Shown here in pieces: positions 19,587-27,752 of a DNA stretch of 64,000 nucleotides. Made by a program: the position numbers and the translations under genes. This stretch comes from an uncultured Gemmatimonadales bacterium (GTDB taxonomy: Bacteria > Gemmatimonadota > Gemmatimonadetes > Gemmatimonadales > GWC2-71-9). The stretch covers positions 32,001-96,000 of the forward strand of contig CAVSQW010000008.1 of assembly GCA_963730185.1 (NCBI GenBank), read 5' to 3'. Each line of letters begins with the position of its first letter. Positions within the stretch are counted from its first letter, which is position 1. Under the pieces are notes generated by a model that was not told the DNA's origin, searched no databases, and saw nothing but the letters and a program-made list of their open reading frames with translations.

Positions 19587-22500
19587 GGCGTCACCGGCCG
19601 TCCCGGGGTCCAGGGAGCGCCCGCGGCCGTCAGGTCACGCTCGAGCCGGGTCAGCGGGCCGCTCACCAGCGCCTCCAGGTCGCGGGCCAGCCGGTCCATG
19701 TCGCTCGAGGCGATGTCGATGTCCCGCCGCTGGGTGGCCGTCGGCATCTGGCGGGTCTCCCAGTGGCCGGTCTGCACCAGACCGACCCGATCGGCGATCG
19801 ACGGCATGGTGGATTCGCTCAGCCGTTGGCGCTCGGGATCGCCCTGGAGCCGAGCGCCCAGGTCGGTCAGGGCTCGGCCGACCGAGTCGATCCGGCCGTA
19901 GAGCTCGGCCCCGGCCCGGGTGTCTCGACCAGGGCGGCCCGCATGGATCGGAGCCGCTCGTCGAGGCGCCCGATCTCCGCGCCGGCGGCCGAGACCCGCC
20001 GGGCGAGCTCGGCCGTCCGCTGCTGGAAGGCCGCGACGGCGGCCACGTCGGTGCCCGGTTCGAGCGTCGGCACCGGCTTGACCTCGAACGACTGGGGCGA
20101 GCCGACCCGGCGGGCGCCGGCGGCCGACACCACGACCAGCGTCGCCGTGTACCGGCCGGGCGCCACGAGCGGGCCCTTCGAGGGCGCATCCCAGGGGGCC
20201 TGGAACCCCGGCGGGGTCAGGTCGATCGCCTCGGGGTTGGCGCGCCGGAGATCCCAGCTCACCCGGTGGAGTCCGGCGGCGGTCGGCCCCGCGATCCAGC
20301 GGACCGGCGTCCCGGCGGCGTCCGAGACCAGGACCAGCACTTTGGGCCCGCCTTCGGTGGCCTCGGCCCGAAGGAGGTCGTAACCCGGAACTGGGACGTC
20401 CCCTCCCCGGGCCCGGATCGCGCCCTCCTCGAGGTGCCGTCGCTCCGCCGCGGTCGTGGGCGCCTCCTTCAGGTAGTAGGTCAGGAGCGCGCCGGCCGGC
20501 GGGTTCGGGGCGGTGAAGTCGTCGCTGCCCGCGGTGGGGCGGCCCGGAGCCTGGGCCAGCTGCGACGGCACGTACCACCAGGCGTCGCGCAGCGGCAGGA
20601 CGCCGCCGGCGGCGAACGCCCCGGCGGCCAGGGCCCGCAGCGGCGCGTAGTCGTCCAGGATCCAGATCCCCCGCCCGAAGCTGGCGCCGACGACGTCGTC
20701 GTCGCGGCGCTGGAGCTGCACGTCGCGGAAGGCGATGGTGGGCACGCCGGCGTCGAGGCGGTGCCACTTCGCGCCCCCGTCGACGGTGAACCAGAGGCCG
20801 GTCTCGCCGGCCAAGGAAGAGCAGGTCCGGCTCCACGTCGTCCTGCTGGAGCGCCCAGGGGATCTCGCCCGTCGGGGAGGTCGCCGCGGATGGACTTCCA
20901 GGTCCTGCCCCGCGTCGGTGGAGCGGAAGAGCTAGGGCGTGTAGTCGCCCAGCTTGTGGGCGTCGGCCAGCGGCGAACACGGTCGCCGCGTCGTACCGCT
21001 GGCCACCACCTTGTTGATGAAGCGCGCTCGGCACGCCGGGCAGCGCGGCGGCCTTCTTCCACGTGGCGCCCGCGTCGGTGGTGACGTGGATGAGCCCGTC
21101 GTCGCGACCCGGCCAGAGGCGCCCTTCGCCACCGGCGACTCGGAGATCGTGGTCAGCGTCGCGTACTTGGACATGGCCCCGTTGTCGTGGAGCGCGTCCA
21201 CCTCCCACACCCGGCCCATGTACGGGAGCGTGTAGCGGTCGGTGCCCGGTGGTGAGGTCGCCGGAGATGGCGGTCCAGTGGTCGCCCCGGTCGTCGCGCC
21301 CAGAGCCGCTGCGAGCCGTAGTAGATGCGCGCGGCGTCGTGGGGGGTGACGAGGATGGGCGAGTCCCAGTTCCAGCGCTCCGGCGGCTCGCCCGGGCGCG
21401 GCCTCGGGCTGGATGGGCATGACTTCCTCGTGGCGCCGGTCCACGCGGTGCAGGTGGCCCTCCTGCGTCATCATGTACATGACGTCCGGGTCCGAGGGAT
21501 CGAAGGCCACGCCGTAGCCGTCCGGCCCATAGGGACATCAGCCAGTCCTCGTTGCGCACGCCCTCGTGGTGCGGGTGCGCGCCGGCGCCCACAGCGTCCC
21601 CAGGTCCTGGGCGCCCCGCCACCAGATCGTAGAAGGGCGACCGGCTCGAGGGACACCTTGTAGAACTGGGCGACGGGCAGGTTGGGGAAGTGCCGCCAGC
21701 CGCGTGCCCCGGTCGAAGGTCTCGTAGAGGCCGGCGTCGGTCCCGGCGAGCATGTGCAGCGGCGTTTCTCGGGTCGATCCAGAGGGCGTGATTGTCGGAG
21801 TGCTTGTCGCGGCCCGTCTCCAGGTTGTCGAACGTCTTGCGCCGCCGTCGTAGGTGACCTGGAAGAAGACGTCCATCTGGATGACCACGTCGGCTTCGGT
21901 CGGCGAGGCTTCGATCTCCTGGTAGTAGTGGGGGCCGGTTCCGCCGGGGAGGTAGGTGTTGCGCTGCTCCCAGCTCTCGCCCCGGTCGGTGGAGCGGTAG
22001 AAGCCTTCTGCTCCCGGCGCTGGCCTCGATGGTGGCGTAGACACGGTCCGGGTCGGCCGGCGTCACCGCCAGGCCGATCTTACCCATGTCCCCCGTGGGC
22101 AGGCCGGTCGTGAGCTGCCGCCAGGTGCGGCCGCCGTCGGTGGACTTCCAGATCCCGGACTCGGGGCCGCCGGCCAGGAAGCCCCAGGCGTGCCGGCGCC
22201 GCTGGTAGGCGGCGGCGTAGACCATGTTGGGGTCGTCGGGGGCGAACTCGAGATCGGTGACCCCGGTGTTCTCGTCGATGGTGAGGCGCGGCGTCCAGGT
22301 GGCCCCGCCGTCGGTCGGAGCGGTACACGCCCCGGTCTCCTCCCGCCGACCAGAGCGGCCCTTCGGCGGCGACCAGGACGACCTTGCCGTCCTCGCGGGT
22401 CGACCAGGATCCGCCCGATGTGCTCGGACTTGGCCAGCCCCATTCGCCTGCCAGGTCCGGCCGGCGTCCCGGCTCCGATAGACGCCGGTCCCCCAAGCGA

Positions 22501-22855
22501 CGTGCCGGCCGCTGACGTTCTCGCCGGTGCCGACCCAGACGATGTCCGGATTGGACGGCTCGAGCGCGATCTCGCCGATCGAGTAGGAGGGCTGCTCGTC
22601 GAAGACCGGCGTCAAGGTCACGCCGCCGTTGGTGGTCTTCCAGACCCCGCCCGACCCGGCCGCCACGTACCACGTGCCGGGAACCCGCGGGTTCACGGCG
22701 ATGTCGGCGATCCGCCCGCCGGCCAGCGCCGGGCCGATCCCGCGCAGGGTGAGCGCGGCGGTGGCCTGGGCGATCGAGGAATCCGCCGCCTGAGCCCGGA
22801 CCGAGCGGGGCAGGGCGGCGGCGACGAGGGCGACGATGACGATCGGGTATCTCAT
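19583..22855 (-). CDS. Large secreted VPS10/BNR-repeat glycosyl hydrolase-like protein, with many frameshifts as sequenced
   Basis: RGIGPALAGGRIADI, GGVWKTTNGG, HSDNHALWID and ASFGRGIWILDD pieces spread over three frames; indels cluster at about 19.9 kb and 20.8-22.45 kb. Confidence 0.8.
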   Translation of the reverse strand: MRYPIVIVALVAAALPRSVRAQAADSSIAQATAALTLRGIGPALAGGRIADIAVNPRVPGTWYVAAGSGGVWKTTNGGVTLTPVFDEQPSYSIGEIALEPSNPDIVWVGTGENVSGRHVAWGTGVYRSRDAGRTWQANGAGQVRAHRADPGRPARTARSSWSPPKGRSGRREETGACTAPTDGGATWTPRLTIDENTGVTDLEFAPDDPNMVYAAAYQRRRHAWGFLAGGPESGIWKSTDGGRTWRQLTTGLPTGDMGKIGLAVTPADPDRVYATIEASAGSRRLLPLHRPGRELGAAQHLPPRRNRPPLLPGDRSLADRSRRGHPDGRLLPGHLRRRRKTFDNLETGRDKHSDNHALWIDPRNAAAHARRDRRRPLRDLRPGHAAGGTSPTCPSPSSTRCPSSRSPFYDLVAGRPGPGDAVGAGAHPHHEGVRNEDWLMSLWAGRLRRGLRSLGPGRHVHDDAGGPPAPRGPAPRGSHAHPARGRARASRRSAGTGTRPSSSPPTTPRASTTARSGSGRDDRGDHWTAISGDLTTGHRPLHAPVHGPGVGGGRAPRQRGHVQVRDADHDLRVAGGEGRLWPGRDDGLIHVTTDAGATWKKAAALPGVPSALHQQGGGQRYDAATVFAAGRRPQAGRLHALALPLHRRGAGPGSPSAATSPTGEIPWALQQDDVEPDLLFLGRRDRPLVHRRRGREVAPPRRRRAHHRLPRRAAPAPRRRRRRRQLRAGDLDPGRLRAAAGPGRRGVRRRRRPAAARRLVVRAVAAGPGSGPPHRGQRRLHRPEPAGRRAPDLLPEGGAHDRGGATAPRGGRDPGPGRGRPSSGLRPPSGRGHRRRAQSAGPGLGRRRDAGPLDRGADRRRTPPGELGSPARQPRGDRPDPAGVPGPLGCALEGPARGARPVHGDAGRGVGRRRPPGRLAPVVRGQAGADARTGHRRGRRRGLPAADGRARPAGLGRRRGDRAPRRAAPIHAGRPGRDTRAGAELYGRIDSVGRALTDLGARLQGDPERQRLSESTMPSIADRVGLVQTGHWETRQMPTATQRRDIDIASSDMDRLARDLEALVSGPLTRLERDLTAAGAPWTPGRPVTP

Positions 22856-22978
22856 TGGCGTGGTCCGAACGGAGAGGAGGTCGTCACGGCGCGTCGTGAC
22901 GTGGGCCCGGAGGCAACGAAGTATCGGGCGGGTCCCGTTACGGCGCTACCCCGGGCTGGGAGGCCGCGCGAGGTCGCT

Positions 22979-23034
22979 CCGGCGTCCGGCGTCCGGCGTC
23001 CGGCGTCCGGCGTCCGGCGTCCGGCGTCCGGCGT
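22979..23034. repeat. Perfect tandem heptamer (CCGGCGT)x8
   Basis: Eight exact copies counted between the Rrf2 stop and the hydrolase start. Confidence 0.95.
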
Positions 23035-23068
23035 GCGGTCGGTCACGTCACCTGTCAGGGCGTGACGT

Positions 23069-23572
23069 TTAGGATCGAGTAGCCGCCGTGCGGGTAGCCC
23101 AGGCCTCCCGGAGCGCCTGGCGCCTTGGGGCGGCGCTCGCGTGGCGGAGCCGCCGGATGTCGTGGAGCAGGTCGGCCAGAGTCGTCGTGGCGAGGGATGA
23201 CCGGAAGGCCTGGTCCGCCCGGGCGAGTACGGGCTCGAGCGCCTGGTCGAGATGAAAGGACGGCGAGAACCTTCCAGGGCGCCGAGGCCGGGGCTTCAAG
23301 CGGTGAATCGAGCTCCCGCCGGCGGTCTCGAGTGCCCTCATCACCCGCTCGAGATCGATCGCCTCCGGGGGCTGTGCCAGCGCGGAGCCACCCTCGACGC
23401 CCCGACGGGTCGAGACGAGGCCGGCTCGCGCCAGATCCCTGAGCAGCCGGCGGACGAGGGTCGGCTCGGCATGAAGGTGGGCCGCGAGAGTGGCCGAACC
23501 GACGGAATCCGGTGCGTGCCCGGCGAGGGTGACGAGCAGGTGGACCGCGTCGTCGAATCGCCGGGGGATCAT
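23069..23572 (-). CDS. Rrf2-family transcriptional regulator (no cysteines)
   Basis: RFDDAVHLLV...SATLA...PTLVRRLL..L..AGLVSTRRGVEGGSALAQPPEAI...TTLADL winged-helix pattern. Confidence 0.85.
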   Translation of the reverse strand: MIPRRFDDAVHLLVTLAGHAPDSVGSATLAAHLHAEPTLVRRLLRDLARAGLVSTRRGVEGGSALAQPPEAIDLERVMRALETAGGSSIHRLKPRPRRPGRFSPSFHLDQALEPVLARADQAFRSSLATTTLADLLHDIRRLRHASAAPRRQALREAWATRTAATRS

Positions 23573-23591
23573 GGGGGACCTCGTCACGGGT

Positions 23592-23616
23592 AATTGTGAC
23601 TTCAATGGTCACAATT
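23592..23616. promoter_or_regulatory. Putative Rrf2 operator, copy 1 (AATTGTGAC-TTCAATG-GTCACAATT)
   Basis: Perfect 9-bp arms about 20 nt upstream of the Rrf2 start; motif recurs three more times. Confidence 0.75.
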
Positions 23617-23841
23617 TGGGTTGGGAGGACACCACGCCTTGGCGTGCACGGCCCGCCGGATCCACTCGCCCAACGCTGGAGCGTGCCGTCGGGCGGGCGG
23701 GGCTGCGGTCCTGGCCCGCCCCGCGGCCACCATGGGCCGGCAGGGGAAGATCGCCCGGTGGTCTCCCGTCCCCTCATCGTTCCCCCGCCACTCGGCGCCA
23801 AATCGCGCGACCGGAGGCGGGCCCCAGGCCGCCGGGGCTGG

Positions 23842-25210
23842 CTATCTCACCCAGACGGTCTTGATGTTCACGAATTCCTTGATCCCGTAGTGGGAGAGCT
23901 CGCGGCCGTAGCCGCTCTCCCGAATCCCGCCGAAGGGGAGCCGAGGGTCGGACTTCACCATCCCGTTCACGAAGCAGGCGCCGGCCTCGAGCTCGTGGGT
24001 GGCGATCCGGGTGCCCCGGGCGGCGTCGGCGGTGAACACGGCGGCGCCGAGTCCGAAGACGGTATCGTTGGCGACTCGGAGGGCCGCCTTTTCGTTCCTG
24101 ACTGGAATGATGGCCGCCACCGGTCCGAACAGCTCCTCGCCATAGGCCGGCATGCCTCGCTTCACGTCGGTGAGGACGGTCGGCGGGTAGTAGGCGCCGG
24201 GCCCCTCGGGCACCTGGCCGCCGAGGAGGCAGCGCGCCCCCTTCTCGAGGCTCCGGGTTACCTGGGCGTGGAGCTCGTCACGGAGGTCCCGCCGCGCCAT
24301 CGGACCCACCACGGTGGCGGGATCGGTGGGATCGCCCATGGGCGTCGCCCGCATCCGCTCGACGAACCGGCGCTCGAACTCCTCGCGGACCGACTCCACC
24401 ACGATGAACCGCTTGGCCGCGATGCAGCTCTGGCCGCCGTTGATCAACCGGCTGGTGGCGCAGGTCGCCGCCGCCAGGTCGAGGTCCGCGTCCTCGCAAG
24501 ATCAGGTAGGGATCGCTGCCCCCGAGCTCGAGCACGCATTTCTTGAGTTTGGCGCCCGCCGCCCGGGCCACGGACCGGCCGGCCGCGGTGCTTCCGGTCA
24601 GGGTCACGGCCCGCACCAGGGGGGTCCGGATCAGGCCGGCCGCGACCTTGTTGTCGACCAGCAGCGTCCGGAACAGGCCGTCCGGCAACCCGGCCCGCCG
24701 GAACACGTCCTCGATGGCCAGCGCGCACCCCGGCACGTTCGAGGCATGCTTGAGAATGCCCGCGTTCCCCGCCATCAGCGCCGGGGCCGCGAACCGGAAC
24801 ACCTGCCAGAAGGGAAAGTTCCACGGCATGATGGCGAGCACCACGCCCAGGGGCTCGAAGGCCACGAAGCTCCGGGTCGCATCGGTGGCGATGACTTCGG
24901 GCGCCAGGAACCGCTCGGCGTGCTCGGCGTAGTAGTCGCACACCCAGGCGCATTTCTCCGCTTCGCTCACCCCGCCGGACACGGGCTTCCCCATCTCGTC
25001 GGTCATCAGCTTGGCGTAGCTCGGCGCGTCGGCCCTGAGAATCCGGGCCGCCTCGCGGAGCACGGTGGCGCGCCCGTCGAAGGGCACCTTGCGCCAGGCG
25101 AGGTGCGCCGCGTGGGCCGCGCGGATCGCCTGCCGGGCCTCGGCCGGCGGGGTGGGCTGGTACTCGGCGACGACGGCGCCGGTGGCTGGGTTGATCGCGC
25201 GGATGGTCAT
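23842..25210 (-). CDS. gabD: NAD(P)-dependent succinate-semialdehyde dehydrogenase (one frameshift near 24495)
   Basis: IMPWNFPFWQ, LKHASNVP, LTGS, LELGGSDP, INGGQSCIAAKR, EELFGPV and PFGGIRESGYGRE motifs; ATGA overlap with the C45 gene. Confidence 0.85.
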
Positions 25211-26232
25211 GAGGTCTCTCCAGGCTGGGAGGTCGCCAGGGTCGGCGTCCGGTCCGTTGGATCGGGGAACTTGATGGTCACCCGGCCCTCCCGAAAGTCG
25301 GTGATCGACTGCGACAAGGTGAACCCGGGCCAGCGGAACTCGGCTCGGCCGGAACGAGGCTGGTACACCGCCGTGTAGAGGGTACCCCACCCGTGATCGA
25401 AGCGATTCGAGTAGAGGGGCGGGGTCAGGAACCGGTCCGCGAATCGGGGCCCGGTTTCGTGGTCGTCCTCCAGGCGGGCGGACAGGAATCGCTCCCGGTC
25501 CACCGTGGCCGTCGCCGACGCGAACCGGGCCCATTCGACCGTCCCCTGATGGTTGGTCGCATAGCGGCGCCGGAGCACGACGGCGGGGCGGTCCGGGTTG
25601 GTGAACACCGTGGCGTAATCGGCGCCGCGGTCGAGGAGGGTGATGTTGTAGGCCATGTGCGTGGGAACCCGGGCCAGGACCCGGACCGCGTCCGGGACGG
25701 TCGCGCAGGTTTCCAGAACGTACCGGAGGATCAGCGGCATGGCGAACCCGTCACCGACGGCGGTGCGGCCGCCGAAGGCGAGCGAGACCGCCAGGCCGTG
25801 CTCGTTGATGCCGTCGAGCACGCCCCAGAGGCTGTCGCTCATGGCCACCACCCGGCAACCGGTCCAGGCCGAAGCCAGCAACAGGGCCTCCCAGAGCCGG
25901 GGGCTGTAGTCGTAGTTCCGGACCAGGAACGGCTCGTCGCCCCGGGTCCACACCGCCTGGGAGCAGCCGGTCAGGTAGGGCGTGGGCCGATAGAGGCTCA
26001 GGAGCCGGGCCGCGAGATCGCCGCCTCCCGCCAGCTCGACCAGGCGCTCGTAGGTCGGGATCAGCTCCGGCATGTGGGTCCGAAGCGCCCGCACCGACAC
26101 CCGGTAGGACGGGCGCGCGGCATCGCCCTCCTTGAGGAACCAATGGCGGTAGGTTGGCTCCATGAGGGCGTAATGCCGCCGCCAGGTCGCCCCCGGCTCG
26201 GGTTCCTCCACCGCCTGGAGATCGCTGGTCAC
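25207..26232 (-). CDS. C45-family autoproteolytic Ntn-hydrolase/acyltransferase
   Basis: YLTG|CSQ autocleavage site with Cys nucleophile; RNYDY, LDGINEHGL, ATNHQ and GTLYTA motifs. Confidence 0.85.
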   Translation of the reverse strand: MTSDLQAVEEPEPGATWRRHYALMEPTYRHWFLKEGDAARPSYRVSVRALRTHMPELIPTYERLVELAGGGDLAARLLSLYRPTPYLTGCSQAVWTRGDEPFLVRNYDYSPRLWEALLLASAWTGCRVVAMSDSLWGVLDGINEHGLAVSLAFGGRTAVGDGFAMPLILRYVLETCATVPDAVRVLARVPTHMAYNITLLDRGADYATVFTNPDRPAVVLRRRYATNHQGTVEWARFASATATVDRERFLSARLEDDHETGPRFADRFLTPPLYSNRFDHGWGTLYTAVYQPRSGRAEFRWPGFTLSQSITDFREGRVTIKFPDPTDRTPTLATSQPGETS

Positions 26233-26242
26233 GTCGGCCTTC

Positions 26243-27752
26243 TCAGAGCAGCTTGAAGTTCCCCACGTCCACCGGCTGGGCGGCGACCTGGACGTCGGCG
26301 GGCCGGATCCGTCGGCTCCGATACTGGGCGAGAATCCCCTCGGTCCACGCCTTGGCCCGGGCGTTGAGGCGGAATCCCTTGGTCATCAGCCGGCCGGGGG
26401 TGATCAGGATCCCGAGGTCGGCGCCTTCGTACTTGTAGTCGCCCTCCCGGGCGATCCGGAGGAAGAACGCCTCCGATTCGCTTTCCACGGTCCGCCGGTG
26501 GGTCTGGGAGCGGACGAAGTGGACTCCGTCGCCGTCCAGGCGCCAGACCCCGGAGGGCGGGGCCGCGGTGATGACCTCGGTGGTGTCGCTGGTGTGTTTG
26601 ATGACCAGCTGCCCCCAGGGATCGATGTTGGCGGGATCCGACCAGCGCCGGTTGAGCGCGGCCACGTCCAGGTCGAAGTCGGCCTTGGCCCACTGGAGCA
26701 GGTGAAACAGGAAGAGCGGAGCGTCGGCGTGGGCGAACGCGGCGAGGTTGGTCATCGCGCTGGCCCCGGTGATCCGGGGGTTCACCTCGCCCAGGAACAG
26801 TTCGCCGGTGTTCCGCTCGATCAGGAAGTCCAGCTCGAAATATCCGGTGTAGCCCAGCCGGCCCAGCTCGGCCCCGAATTGGAAGCTGGCGTCGCGGGCC
26901 TGGTCCCGGATGGCTCGGGGGAAGGCTTCCGCGAGGACTTCATTGCCGCACCAGCCGCCCCGGTAGGGGGTCAGCTCCTTGAAGCCGATCAGCTCGGTCA
27001 TCAGGGGGCCCACGATGGTGCCCTCGCGGGTGACGCATGCTTCCAGCGCCGAGCCTCGCACGCTGACCCGGCGCATGACCTTGACCTCCGGCTCGGCCAC
27101 GATCTCGTCCGCATGCTTCTTCCAATCGGCCTCGCTCTTGATGAAGAAGGTGGTGTGGCCCGAGTCGCCGAACGCGGTCTGCACGACCAGGTCGTGGCCC
27201 AGCTCCCGCGACACCCGCCTGAGGTCGGTCCAGCTCTCCACCTTGGTCAGGACATGGGGCACGGAGCGGACCCCGGCGCGGTCGCCGATCCGGGTCGTCT
27301 CGAGCTTGTTGTCGACCTGCTGCCGCAGCCGGGCCGGCGGGAAGCAGATCTCGAGCCCGAACTCACGGCAGAGCTGCTCGGTCTGCTCGTCGAAGAAGAG
27401 GAAGACCGCCTGGCCGCCGCGACCCTGGGCCGCGGATGAAGTCCACGACCTCCTTGTGCTCCAGGAGGTAGTTGTTGATCTCCTCGAGGCAGGTGAACGG
27501 CCGATGGGGCCGCTCCGACGGCACGAAGACGTGGGGGTGCTGCCGTCGAAGCAGTCGATGTAGTTGATGAAGTGGAAGTTCCGGACCCACTCGTCGATCC
27601 CGAGCAGGTTGAAGGGGTGGCGCTGATGAAGAAGACCGGCCGCTCCGTGCGGTGGAAGTAGCGCCGGATGTCCGATGACGCCGTGCAAGCTTCGGCCGCC
27701 GGCGTGCGCGCCCCGCTCTTCACCGCGGTGTGGATTTCGTGAGACCGGTCAT
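26243..27752 (-). CDS. Orphan ATP-grasp ligase (family often mislabelled biotin carboxylase); N-terminal part frameshifted
   Basis: DNKLETTRI, VVQTAFGDSGHTTFFI, GYFELDFL and GEVNPRITG ATP-grasp motifs; AAGGAG RBS and ATGA overlap with the decarboxylase. Confidence 0.8.

Noticed and set aside
23592..23616. TGTGA...TCACA palindromes as CRP/FNR sites
   Set aside because: The spacing is 9 nt rather than the 6 nt of CRP/FNR sites, and the position fits Rrf2 autoregulation.
24480..24510. Programmed ribosomal frameshifting in gabD (also the CocE and acyl-CoA synthetase shifts)
   Set aside because: No slippery heptamers are present at the shift points and I know of no precedent in these families; single-base sequencing errors are more likely.
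26243..27752. ATP-grasp gene as an acetyl-CoA carboxylase biotin carboxylase subunit
   Set aside because: It lacks the ANRGEIA N-terminal motif and the RLQVEH motif, and no BCCP or carboxyltransferase gene is nearby.
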